Assembly (NCBI GenBank): GCA_963796105.1
Contig: CAWCKJ010000003.1
Location: 32,001 to 96,000 of the forward strand
From: a candidate division FCPU426 bacterium
GTDB taxonomy: Bacteria; Oederibacteriota; Muellerivitia; Muellerivitales; Muellerivitaceae
Reading direction: 5' to 3'
DNA length: 64,000 bases
Of this stretch, positions 34,748-44,601 are shown piece after piece. The first letter of the stretch is position 1. Each line of letters begins with the position of its first letter. Both the position numbers and the translations under genes were made by a program. The notes below the pieces were generated by a model. It saw only the letters and a program-made list of their open reading frames with translations, was not told the DNA's origin and did not search any database.

Positions 34748-35542
34748 ATGCAATTGCCGAAAATCATCGTTGTTTTGCCAGTTTATAATGAAGAGAAAAC
34801 CCTTAAAAATATCCTCCCTAGAATAACCGCCCATTCCGATATCCTAGTCTGCGTGGATGACGGCTCTTGCGATCAATCCCCGGCTATCCTATACAGGTAC
34901 GCCAAGAAAATGAAAAACACATACATAGTGACTTTGCCGGAGAATAACGGAATGGCAGGCGCCCTTAAGAACGGATTTTTATTCGTTCTTTATCTTCTTA
35001 AGAAAAAGCTTATCCGGAATGAGGATATCGTCGTGACCATCGACGCTGACGGACAGCACAAACCCGAATATATTCCCGAGATTGCGGAATATATGAGGCT
35101 AAAAGAGGCGGATGTAGTCCTGACGAGGAGGGATTTTTCAGCCTATCCACTTTATAAAGTGATAGGAAACAAGTTTCTGACTTTCACGAATTCCTTACTG
35201 TCGGGGAAAAAATACAAGGACGTAGAATCAGGGCTGAGATTCATGAAGGTACGAACTCTTGCCCCAATTTTGAGGTACTATACCGGTGTTCAGTATTCCT
35301 GCGCCCAGGAAATCGCCCTTATTTCCGCTCGACTGGGGTTGAAAATCAATAATGATTTTTTGGTCAATATCGCCTATTACCGCCCAGGGACTACGGTTTT
35401 GGACGGTTTTATCGTTTTGTTTTACAGCTTAATGACTTTTATGAAGTGGCTGTTTCAATTCGAGGAAGTTGTGGAAGCCGATATTCCCCTCATGAGGGAA
35501 TCTCTTCGGTTGTCCCGAATAATCTGGAAAAAGCGCGATTAA
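34748..35542 (+). CDS. GT2 family glycosyltransferase (DPM1-like)
   Basis: LPVYNEE, VDDGS.D, N.GMAGA, TIDADGQH, DVESG.R. Confidence 0.9.
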   Translation: MQLPKIIVVLPVYNEEKTLKNILPRITAHSDILVCVDDGSCDQSPAILYRYAKKMKNTYIVTLPENNGMAGALKNGFLFVLYLLKKKLIRNEDIVVTIDADGQHKPEYIPEIAEYMRLKEADVVLTRRDFSAYPLYKVIGNKFLTFTNSLLSGKKYKDVESGLRFMKVRTLAPILRYYTGVQYSCAQEIALISARLGLKINNDFLVNIAYYRPGTTVLDGFIVLFYSLMTFMKWLFQFEEVVEADIPLMRESLRLSRIIWKKRD

Positions 35543-35557
35543 AAAGGAAGTGAAATT

Positions 35558-35944
35558 ATGAATGAAACTGGTTTTAATATCCCGAAAGTGGCTGGGTTTT
35601 TGTTTTGCAACCATATCGCCCAGGATGTTTTGACCAAAAATTACGATTTGAGGGGTGTTTTCCAAGGTTTCAATCTTCCCCAGTACCCCATGGGAGTAGA
35701 ATTCGTGACGTTCGCCAGGTTTTGCTACGAGCAGGGGGGGGAATTCCAGGTTGACATCAGTCTTTATAACGAAAAAGGTGAAAAAATCACCGAAAGCATG
35801 CCTCGGAAATTACCATTTCAGGATAGTATTTACCATGATCTGATCACAGCCTGGAGAATCATGATGCCGGCTCCAGGGACATATGTATTTAAAGTTTTTT
35901 GTAACAATTTGAATTTGGGCGATTTCAAGCTGATTTGCCGCTAA
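35558..35944 (+). CDS. Small hypothetical protein (DUF6941-like)
   Basis: FLFCNHIAQD...YDLRGVF...PGTYVFKVF pattern. Confidence 0.55.
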   Translation: MNETGFNIPKVAGFLFCNHIAQDVLTKNYDLRGVFQGFNLPQYPMGVEFVTFARFCYEQGGEFQVDISLYNEKGEKITESMPRKLPFQDSIYHDLITAWRIMMPAPGTYVFKVFCNNLNLGDFKLICR

Positions 35945-36167
35945 ATAGCTAATAAAGCGGGAATTTTGCATGCCTATCCGAACAACGCTTGCGCAGTAAT
36001 GGGTTTTGCCAAAGCGCAAGCGGTTAAGGCCCGGTGAAATAAGGAATCTGGGTCATGGCGACGATTGAACCGATAAGTATATTCGCTCAAGTATCCAGGC
36101 AGATATTTCACGTTGACTCCATGATGGGTTCCTAGGATCCAAGCCTTGGCGTTGGAAATGAATCGGT

Positions 36168-37153
36168 CATGCTTCTGTATTAAGTGACCCTTGAAATAAA
36201 GGAATACATAGGTATACTGTCCGCTACGGGAGGTGGTACATGAGCTACCAGCGGATGAAAAGCATTAAAATTCTGAGGAAAATCCACACGGAAGAAGAAG
36301 CCCGCCAATGGGTGTGGAGATGCCGTTTCGGCGGGAAAGACTTTGTTTGTCCCCAATGTGAGGGCGAAAGCTTCTGGCAACACCAGGCCAAGCCTGAAGT
36401 GAGGGAATGTGACTATTGCCGGAAACGTCTTCGGCTTCGCGCCGGGACGATTTTTGAAAGCTCCAAGCTGCCTCTTTTAACCTGGGTCAGGGCCATCAGT
36501 TTGATGATGCAGGGCAAACGGGGTATTTCGGCCCTGGAACTGAAGCGGCATTTAAATCTTTCGGATCATTCGGCATGGCTTCTATTGCATAAGATCCGGG
36601 AAGGTCTTAGGCAAAAGGACGAAAGCTATACTCTAAAGGGCGTCATTGAGTTGGATGGGGCGGTTTTTGGGAAAAAGGCCAAGGAAAACCAAGTGGAAGT
36701 CTTGGTGGCGGTGGAAAGCAAGGAATGGGTGGATGAGAATGGTTGCAAGAAGGAAAAAGCGGGTTTTGCCAAGGTGAAGGTAGCTATGGAAACCAAGTGG
36801 GAGAGCCAGGAATTCGTGAATCAGACTATGGAAAAAGGCTCTTTCCTCAACACAGATGCTTCGCCAGCCTTGCGTGAACTCAAAGGAGTGGAGGCAGACT
36901 ACCGGGTGATGGCCAATGACCCGAAAGAGTTGGAAAGTTGGTTGCCCTGGGTACACCGGTTCATTTCCAACGCCAAGGCCTGGATCATTGGAACTCATCA
37001 TGGCGTTGATGCTAAGTATTTAGGCCGGTATCTAAGTGAATATGCCTATCGGTTCAACCGTCGTCATGATCCCGATTCCTTATTTCACCGTGCTTTGACC
37101 GCATGTGCCTTAGCAAAACCCATTACAGCACGGTCACTTTGTGCATAAACATA
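36168..37153 (+). mobile_element. IS1595-family element (inner copy, 986 bp), intact
   Basis: 8-bp direct repeat GAATCGGT at 36160-36167 and 37154-37161. Terminal inverted repeats CATGCTTCTGTATTAAGTGACC / TATGTTTATGCACAAAGTGACC (16/22 identical). TTGAAA-16-TATACT promoter inside the left end. Confidence 0.95.
36240..37148 (+). CDS. IS1595-family transposase (ISSod11-like, DD-H..K type)
   Basis: Zn ribbon CPQC...CDYC, AGTIF, KRGISAL HTH, IELDG, NTD, LPWVHRFISNAK, EYAYRFNRR. Confidence 0.93.
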   Translation: MSYQRMKSIKILRKIHTEEEARQWVWRCRFGGKDFVCPQCEGESFWQHQAKPEVRECDYCRKRLRLRAGTIFESSKLPLLTWVRAISLMMQGKRGISALELKRHLNLSDHSAWLLLHKIREGLRQKDESYTLKGVIELDGAVFGKKAKENQVEVLVAVESKEWVDENGCKKEKAGFAKVKVAMETKWESQEFVNQTMEKGSFLNTDASPALRELKGVEADYRVMANDPKELESWLPWVHRFISNAKAWIIGTHHGVDAKYLGRYLSEYAYRFNRRHDPDSLFHRALTACALAKPITARSLCA

Positions 37154-38017
37154 GAATCGGTGGACCCAAGGTAACCAGTGATTTAACACCACTGGGTCAT
37201 TGGCTGTTACCTGGTACTCCACATCCACGTTTTCCAAGTTTCTCAAGCTGGGACTGGCATCCGTGTTTATCATGGCGCCTTTCTGGATTGCTTGATCGAC
37301 GAATGCTTGGGCTTCCCACTTGGTTTCTGCGGTCACCTTTATCTTTGCAAAACCCGCTTTCTCTTTTTTGCGCCCTTTCTCATCTATCCATTCTTTGCTT
37401 TCAACCGCCACCAGCACTTCAGCCTGGTTTTCCTTTTCTCTCTTGCCGAATACAGCCCCATCCAACTCAATGATTTCCTTGAGTTGGTAATTTTCATCCC
37501 TTTGTCGAAGACTTTCCCGAATCTTATGCAACATCCTCCAAACGGTATCGTAGGAGGGCATTCCCAATTGCCGCTGAAGTTCCAGGGCTGAAATGCCCCT
37601 TTTCCCTTGCATCACCAATCCAATCATCCTCAACCAGGTTAAGATTGGGATCTTGGATTTCCGGAAGATCGTTCCGGCTCGAAGCCGTATTTGCTTTCGA
37701 CAATAGTCACATTCCCGCACTTCGGGGCGGTTTTTGTGTTGCCAGAAACTTTCTCCTTCACATTGTGGGCAAACAAAGTCTTTTCCGGCAAAACGGCTCT
37801 TCCACACCCATTGACGTGCCTTTTCTTCTGTATCGATTTCCTTGAAAATCTCAATCCCCTTCATCCGTTGGTAGTTCATAATTTGCCCCTCCAACAATGA
37901 GTATACTCCTGTATTCCTTTATTTCAACAGGTACCGTTTGGAGAGGCATTGAATTTTGAAAGTTTTATTTGCCGAAAACATACGTTATACTAGCCCGCGT
38001 TTTTCCTTAAAAACCGT

Positions 38018-41000
38018 TTGATTAATTCAAACTTGTTGAGGTCAAGAGTGCCCAAGCAATCATTTCTTTCAACTTATTTTTCGAATATTGGGAGATTTTT
38101 TCGCAACCATTATTTATTAGTCATCATCATCGCCCTGGGAGGATTGTTCCGTTTTTACAACTTAAACTGGGATTTCCAACATTCCTTCCACCCAGATGAG
38201 CGCAATATTCTAGGCCAAACCGCAAGTATTCAAGCCTCGACAGGTTACCGTGTCCAGTTCTTCGCATATGGTCAGCTTCCTGTCTATCTCTATCGGGCAA
38301 GTGGGGAATTGATATCCACGCCCCAAGCCCTTTTTGATTTCTTTCATGGAAATTTCACTTTTACCAGAATCTCTTATTTTTTCCTTTTACTTCTGTTGGG
38401 TAGCTTTTGTTTCTGGCTTTTTTATAGTGAAAAACCAAAAATCATTAGTTTGAAATTGCCCGAATTTGGCCTTTTTGCTTTCAGTAAGTTAGGTCTTCTA
38501 ACTTTTATTTTGCTGCCGATTTGGTTCCATAGATATGAGGAATGGGTCCAAGGGGCTTATTGGCTTTCCGTATTGCTTTTATTCATAGGAATTTTTTGGT
38601 TCTTTCCACAGGAGAAATTCAAAAATATCACTTTAGGAGCAAGCTCGGCGTCAATTTTATTCGTATTGTTCCTTTACCCCCGGTTTTTCGATGTCTTCTC
38701 GATCTGGTTCAACGCCATCGGCGGAATACCTCTTAAAATCACATCCTTCGTTTTTGTTGTTGCGATTTCCCTTGGCCTCTGTGCGCTTATTACGGATTTT
38801 CTTGATATCAAGTGGTCGGGCTTGCCGTCCAACATCGCTTTGGGATCGATGGTATTTTTGGGGGTTGTTCCCCTTGTTCTGCCTGATGCTTTCGCGAGGG
38901 CCTTTGGTGTATTGGCCTTCATCCTCATAATCTTTACTGGGTTCACTTGGTTTGCTTGGGTATCTCGATGGGGAAGGCTTTTGAGCGCTGGCCTGGCCTT
39001 GTGGGCGGTGCTGGCTTCCTTTCCCCATGGGGGAATGCAATATACAGGCTACGGGGAATGCATGATCGTTGGCCGCTTTTGGGCGGCTTTATTCGCGACC
39101 TTGACCATATTGGCTGTTTATCTATTCGTAAAGCGAGTTTACAAAAAGGACGGGATGGCCCTTGTCGCGGCAGCTTCCTTCTCCTTTGCTGTCATCAGTA
39201 TTGAAAATTCCCATTACTGCATTACCGAGTCTTTTATCACCTTGATGCTGATGGTGATGGCCCTGCTTTCCTATGAGATTTCCATCGAGGGAAGCTGGAA
39301 AAATTACCTCTTAGCGGGGGCCGCTTTCGGCCTTTCGCTTGCCGCGAAGACCAGTACGCTTTATTACGTGTTCATATTCTTCCTGGGCCATCTTCTGTTA
39401 CTTTCTAAGAAATCTGAAATCGATTGGCTGCGGGAAGGGAAGAAACTCAAACGGAAATTATTTTTACCCCTTTCTTATGCCATTTTGTTCGTCTTAACCG
39501 CTGCGTTTTTTGTCGTGGGGTACAAATTCAAGGGCGTCCTACAGGACTTGTGTCCCTCCAATTCGGCCGAAGGGACTGTTCTCTGGGTATTGCTGATGGT
39601 CATCCTTTCCGCAATCGGCTTTGGAGTGGCCATTTGGGGCCTGAGCAAAATCAAGGTCATCCAAGCCCAAATGCCTTATTGGTTAAAACTCTCGGCATCG
39701 GGCGGCCTCTCGCTCCTTCTTTTCTGCCTGTTATCTCCGTGGTCCCTGTTGGATATTCAAAAGTTCATGGAATCCCAGAATTACGAATGGCATGTTGTTT
39801 CCATCTCTGATGCCTGTTATGTCCTGCAGTTTAAGGACACCCTTCGTTATATCTATCATCTTCAAAACCTGATGAGCGTGGAGTTATGGTGGCCATTGGG
39901 CGTTACTGCTGTTATAGGTATGGTATGGGTTCTCGGCCGCTTCCTTTTTCACTTGTTGAGGCCCGTCGCATCCAAGGGTCTTCTTCCCGTCCCGTTCATG
40001 AAGGGGAAGCATTTCAATTTCTCCCTGCCCGATTTGATGCTCTTGTGCTGGTTCATACCTTATTTTGGATTCATCGGCGCTTGGAACACCAAGTTCGTGC
40101 GTTACATGATCCCCTTGATCCCGGTCTTTTGTATATTCGGCGCCCGCTTTTTATCCGACTTGTTCGCGTGGATGAGTCGTTGGAAATTCCCCTCGATGGT
40201 TTTAAAGCCGCTCTTGACGGCGCTGGTTTTAGGCGGGGGTCTTTTTTACGCGATCGCCTATATGCATGTTTATACCGCGCCGAATCCTTGGATCGATTCA
40301 TCCGTTTGGATTTACAAAAACGTTCCGCCTGGTTCCGAGATCTTGAACGAGGCTTGGGGAGACGGACTTCCGGTGGACGTGAATCCCCAGCAGGATAAAA
40401 GGGTCGATAAGATCATGAGTCCAGGGTTGTACCGTTCTAAGGACATCACCCCTTATGAAATGCACGGGTTCCCGACAGACAACAATCAGATCAAAAAGGA
40501 TTACTATGCCAATATTTTCAGGGATGCGGATTACATCAGCATTTCCTCAAAGAAACTATGGTACACCTTGACCGACAGCAGTCCGGAATTCCGGCCGAAC
40601 GGTTTCAACGCCTATCCTGTCACTTCCCGTTATTACCGGCTTCTTTGGTCCGGCCTGTTGGGTTTTAAAATGGCGGCTGAGTTCCATAATTTCCCGACCC
40701 TTTTCGGTTGGTCCCACCCGGATGACACGGGTGAGGAATCCTTCTCGGTTTACGACCACCCCAGGGTTTACCTTTTCAAGAAATTCGAGAATGTTACTTC
40801 CGACAAGATCTTGAAAATGATTGAAACCGACGATTATGTCAAAGGGATCAACCGTGACATGATGCGAAATATCACTCCGGAAAACGTGGATTCCTTCATA
40901 GCCCAACGGCATCAATACCTCCAATCCAAGGGGCTGCTGGCTAGTCTTGAGGAGACGTCTTCACCCACTCCGGTTGAAACTCCAGCGGTTGTCCAGCCAG

Positions 41001-44000
41001 CGCTGTTGAAAGACAGGTTTCAAAACGCGAGGAAAATGAAGGGGGAAAACATTCCCCCTCAAACAACGGGAACTCCCTTGCCGACCCCGGAGGCCAAGGT
41101 GGTCGCTCCCGCCACTGTGCCTGGCTTGCCTAGCGGCAAGACCCTTCGGGCTTTGGAATCTCTCGCCCAGCATCCGGTCATTGAGACCGATGTCCCTAAA
41201 CTTCCATTAGCGGGTTCAGGCGTTTTTTTCTCCCAGGTTTGGGCTTGGATTTCTTGGGTAGTACTATTGATTGTTTTGGGATGGATCGCTCTTCCATTGA
41301 CGCTTCGGGTTATGGCTCCCTTGAGCTCGGGCGCCTATTCCCTGAGCAAGGTATTCGGCTTTCTTGTATTTTCCTGGGTGGTCTGGTTTTTCACGAGCAT
41401 CAAAGTGGCCGGCTTCACCCTTTCCGCCTGCTGGTTTTGGCTTCTGGCGTTGGCGGCCTTATCCCTCTATGCCTATTGGCGGGACAGGGTTTTCCTGAAG
41501 GACTTATACGCCAAGTGGGGTCCCTCTTGGATCAAACAGGAAACAGCTTTCGTCACCGCCTTCGCGATTTTCAGCCTGGTGAAGATATTCATTTCCCATA
41601 TCCACGACCCGGTTTCGGATGGCTATAACGGGGGCGGGGAAGCGGGGATGGATTTTGGCTTCCTGGCTTCCGTCGTCAGGGGAGAGACATTTCCGCCCCA
41701 GAACATGTGGATGGCAGGCCAGCCCATTGGATACACTTTTTACTATGGCCATTTGATGATGGGAATTTTGACGAAAACCCTGGGCCTGGCCCCGGGAATC
41801 ACTTACAACCTGGCACTTATCACGCTGTTCGCTTTGGTCTTTTCCTCGGCCTTTGGCTTGGCTTTCGCCCTTTCCGGCAGGCTTTCCAGCGGATGGATTG
41901 CGGGGTTCCTTTGCGCCGCCGCGGGTAATCCCGCCGCGGCCAAACAGCATTTGGAAGCCCTCCACCAATGTTTTATCTCAGCTTGGGAGGTTTTCCACCA
42001 GCTCTTTTCTGCGGGGGGAGTAGGAAATTTTTTCAGGCGTATCCCTGATATTTGGGCGCCTTTATTAAATTTCCGGTATGACTATTGGGCCCCCACCCGG
42101 GTTATTCCATTTGGAAATAACGAGGGTTCGACCATCAACGAGTTCCCGTATTTCAGCGTTTTATATGGGGATATGCATGCCCATACCTTGGCCATGCCCT
42201 TTGCCATGCTGTTGATCGGGGTGATCGCCTCCTTGTACATGTCGAAGACCGATGGCGCGTTCAAATGGAAGTGGGACTGGAAATCTCTCGTGAGCGCCGG
42301 TTTTATCTTCGGCGCTATCGCTTTCTTGAATACTTGGGAAGTCCCGACATGGCTTATCCTCCTAGGCATCGCGCTGATGGTTCAGAGCATGATGAAATTG
42401 GAAAAGTCTCTATTAACCAAAGGCATGACCCTGTTGGCCCTGTCGATCTTGGGCGCGCTGACCCTTCTGGGGTGGTGGTTGAATTTCGGGTTGGAAAGCC
42501 TGGCGCGGAACCTATTAAAGTTCCGTTTCGAATTAAGCCCCCATGCCCTTGGTGGAACGACCGGTTATTTTGTTTTCTTCGCGGTTTTGGGCGTCGCCTT
42601 CGCGGTTATATGGTTTTATTCCCGTAAGAAATCCAAACCCTTTTCCATCCAGCTTCTGGGTGTTTTAACCTCACTTGGGTGGACTCTTTTTTGCATGGCG
42701 GTTTTATGGATCCCGTTCTTTTCCCAGTTTCATCCCCAGCAAAACAAGGTCATGTGGGTGAAACCCGACATCCGGACAAGCTTGTGGAATTATTTCAACG
42801 TGTACGGCCTTTACCTCGCGGTCCTGCTATTAAGTTTTTTAATCGCATTCAAGGACCGGGTTTTCAAATGGACTGGCAGTAAATCGAAGAAGAAATGGAG
42901 GTGGATCGGATTCTTGGATAACTTGATGGATTGGGGTTCGGGAATTTCGACCGTTAAAAGCCCCATCCATGGGATGCTTCTTTTGGGATTGTTCTCATTG
43001 GTCTCGATTTGGGGAGCTTCCTGGGTCCATTGGACCGAGTCCCAGGACATCAGCGGAACGGTTATCGCCCAGGTTTTCGCGACATTGGCCGTGGCCCTGA
43101 TTGGTTTCGCCGTCTATCTTAAGGATCGGTGGGAAGTTTGGGCCGCCTTGGCAGGATTGGTGGTTTTTTGGGTTTCCCTGATGGCTATCCACGTGACCCA
43201 CTTGACCCAGGATTTGCTCCCGACCCTCGGCCTCCTTCTGTTTTCCTGCCTTTGGATGCTGGCCTTTTTCCACCTGGGGCTAGCCATCAAGACGTATTCG
43301 GACCGATTGCTGTCATTTTCTTATATTCTCGTTTCGTATTTCTTCTTCGTGACCGCAGTCCTGGAAGTATTCGTGATGAGCGAGTATTTTGGCTTTGGAA
43401 ACGGCATGAGGAATAACTCCATGTTCAAATACGGGATCAACGCCTGGACCCTGGCCGCTATATCAACCGGAATATTCCTTCCCAAGATCGTGGATTTCTT
43501 TGAGGTTTTCATGCGCGCGAAGGTGAAAGAGGCGGTTTTACCGGGCTGGTTGATGAGGATAATATCCGGAATCCTGGTATTCGTCCTGTTCAGGGTGTTA
43601 CTGAACAGCTTCGTGCCATCCTTGCACTCGGGCGTTGTTTACGCCTTGAATTTGATCTTGATCGGGGGAATCCTTTCCTGGTGCTACATTGAGGAGTGGC
43701 TGGAGGAAGGTTGGATCCGTTCCGTGGCCCTGGCAGTTGGCATTCTACTGGTCATTTACAATTTATTGCCTTTCCTTAATTTTGGTTCCGGCCCGATTTT
43801 CGGCTATCTGGAGAAATTCGGCGAGGATTTGAGCGTGGAATTTGTGTTTCCCGCCATGATCACCGTCGTGCTTTTGTCTTCCTTGTCCCTGGCGGTTCGT
43901 TACTACCGGGACCGCAAAGACGGCGGAAGAAAACTGCTGTACCATTCCTGGGCTTTGCTATTGGCTGTGTTGTTCCTGATGGTCTCCATATACCCGGTTT

Positions 44001-44548
44001 TTTCAACCGTCCGGAAATGCCAAGGTTTCCTGAACCATTTTAGGATGCAATGGGTGGGTTACGCGGAGGCCCCAACCCTGGACGGATTGGCATACCTTCC
44101 GCGGGTTAATCCCTATGACGCCGCGGCCATCGCCTTTTTAAACAAGAATGTCCCCGACCAGCCCTGTTTGGCGGAGTTTGTCGGGGAAGGGTACAATTCC
44201 TGGGGCTCAAGGTTTTCCATTTTCACTGGAATTCCGGCGTTGATGGGATGGGACGGCCACGTGAGGGAATGGCTGACGGGACGCTCGGGAATGGATGCTG
44301 ATATCAACCAGCGTTTCCAGGCCACCGATCAAATCTTCCGGACCCCTGACGAGACCCTCGCGAAAAAATACCTGGATGCCTATGGTGTCCGCTTGGTAAT
44401 GGTGGGGACCGTCGAGAGAAACGGAGTCCCGGGAAGAAAAGGGGGCTATCCCGCCGAGGGTTTGGCCAAATTTCCCAAGTTTTTACCCTTAATCTATCGA
44501 AACCCCGAAGTCGAAATTTATTATAATCCTCCCTCCGTTTCCCAGTGA
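38018..44548 (+). CDS. 2176-aa membrane protein: N-terminal PMT/ArnT-like GT-C domain fused to a C-terminal DUF2298 (YYY-type) domain
   Basis: N-part has FHPDE, FAYGQLPVYL, ENSHY..TE and ESFSVYDHPRV. A P/T-rich linker follows. C-part has GGEAGMDF, FPPQNMW.AG.PIGY.FYYGH, TINEFPYFS.LYGDMHAH, NTWE and PALMGW.GH. The start could be GTG 38048. Confidence 0.8.
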   Translation: MINSNLLRSRVPKQSFLSTYFSNIGRFFRNHYLLVIIIALGGLFRFYNLNWDFQHSFHPDERNILGQTASIQASTGYRVQFFAYGQLPVYLYRASGELISTPQALFDFFHGNFTFTRISYFFLLLLLGSFCFWLFYSEKPKIISLKLPEFGLFAFSKLGLLTFILLPIWFHRYEEWVQGAYWLSVLLLFIGIFWFFPQEKFKNITLGASSASILFVLFLYPRFFDVFSIWFNAIGGIPLKITSFVFVVAISLGLCALITDFLDIKWSGLPSNIALGSMVFLGVVPLVLPDAFARAFGVLAFILIIFTGFTWFAWVSRWGRLLSAGLALWAVLASFPHGGMQYTGYGECMIVGRFWAALFATLTILAVYLFVKRVYKKDGMALVAAASFSFAVISIENSHYCITESFITLMLMVMALLSYEISIEGSWKNYLLAGAAFGLSLAAKTSTLYYVFIFFLGHLLLLSKKSEIDWLREGKKLKRKLFLPLSYAILFVLTAAFFVVGYKFKGVLQDLCPSNSAEGTVLWVLLMVILSAIGFGVAIWGLSKIKVIQAQMPYWLKLSASGGLSLLLFCLLSPWSLLDIQKFMESQNYEWHVVSISDACYVLQFKDTLRYIYHLQNLMSVELWWPLGVTAVIGMVWVLGRFLFHLLRPVASKGLLPVPFMKGKHFNFSLPDLMLLCWFIPYFGFIGAWNTKFVRYMIPLIPVFCIFGARFLSDLFAWMSRWKFPSMVLKPLLTALVLGGGLFYAIAYMHVYTAPNPWIDSSVWIYKNVPPGSEILNEAWGDGLPVDVNPQQDKRVDKIMSPGLYRSKDITPYEMHGFPTDNNQIKKDYYANIFRDADYISISSKKLWYTLTDSSPEFRPNGFNAYPVTSRYYRLLWSGLLGFKMAAEFHNFPTLFGWSHPDDTGEESFSVYDHPRVYLFKKFENVTSDKILKMIETDDYVKGINRDMMRNITPENVDSFIAQRHQYLQSKGLLASLEETSSPTPVETPAVVQPALLKDRFQNARKMKGENIPPQTTGTPLPTPEAKVVAPATVPGLPSGKTLRALESLAQHPVIETDVPKLPLAGSGVFFSQVWAWISWVVLLIVLGWIALPLTLRVMAPLSSGAYSLSKVFGFLVFSWVVWFFTSIKVAGFTLSACWFWLLALAALSLYAYWRDRVFLKDLYAKWGPSWIKQETAFVTAFAIFSLVKIFISHIHDPVSDGYNGGGEAGMDFGFLASVVRGETFPPQNMWMAGQPIGYTFYYGHLMMGILTKTLGLAPGITYNLALITLFALVFSSAFGLAFALSGRLSSGWIAGFLCAAAGNPAAAKQHLEALHQCFISAWEVFHQLFSAGGVGNFFRRIPDIWAPLLNFRYDYWAPTRVIPFGNNEGSTINEFPYFSVLYGDMHAHTLAMPFAMLLIGVIASLYMSKTDGAFKWKWDWKSLVSAGFIFGAIAFLNTWEVPTWLILLGIALMVQSMMKLEKSLLTKGMTLLALSILGALTLLGWWLNFGLESLARNLLKFRFELSPHALGGTTGYFVFFAVLGVAFAVIWFYSRKKSKPFSIQLLGVLTSLGWTLFCMAVLWIPFFSQFHPQQNKVMWVKPDIRTSLWNYFNVYGLYLAVLLLSFLIAFKDRVFKWTGSKSKKKWRWIGFLDNLMDWGSGISTVKSPIHGMLLLGLFSLVSIWGASWVHWTESQDISGTVIAQVFATLAVALIGFAVYLKDRWEVWAALAGLVVFWVSLMAIHVTHLTQDLLPTLGLLLFSCLWMLAFFHLGLAIKTYSDRLLSFSYILVSYFFFVTAVLEVFVMSEYFGFGNGMRNNSMFKYGINAWTLAAISTGIFLPKIVDFFEVFMRAKVKEAVLPGWLMRIISGILVFVLFRVLLNSFVPSLHSGVVYALNLILIGGILSWCYIEEWLEEGWIRSVALAVGILLVIYNLLPFLNFGSGPIFGYLEKFGEDLSVEFVFPAMITVVLLSSLSLAVRYYRDRKDGGRKLLYHSWALLLAVLFLMVSIYPVFSTVRKCQGFLNHFRMQWVGYAEAPTLDGLAYLPRVNPYDAAAIAFLNKNVPDQPCLAEFVGEGYNSWGSRFSIFTGIPALMGWDGHVREWLTGRSGMDADINQRFQATDQIFRTPDETLAKKYLDAYGVRLVMVGTVERNGVPGRKGGYPAEGLAKFPKFLPLIYRNPEVEIYYNPPSVSQ

Positions 44549-44601
44549 CGCGTCCGAGGAAAGGTTTCACCAAATTCAAAATGGTTTTGGAGGTTTATTA
44601 A

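Larger units (their letters stand above)
35974..37879 (-). pseudogene. Split IS1595 transposase: N-part 37879-37154, C-part 36159-35974
   Basis: The N-part ends ...WLPWVHRF. The C-part continues ISNAKAWILGTHHG...YRFNRR...ITAQALFG* on the other side of the inserted IS. Confidence 0.92.
35969..37950 (-). mobile_element. IS1595-family element (outer copy, about 988 bp net), interrupted by a second IS
   Basis: 8-bp direct repeat GAATTTTG at 35961-35968 and 37951-37958. Imperfect terminal inverted repeats CATGCCTATCCGAAC / AATGCCTCTCCAAAC. Confidence 0.92.

Noticed and set aside
37085..37897. Intact 270-aa second transposase as given in the ORF track
   Set aside because: Its last ~22 residues are read-through into the inserted IS. 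The true C-terminus lies at 36159-35974.
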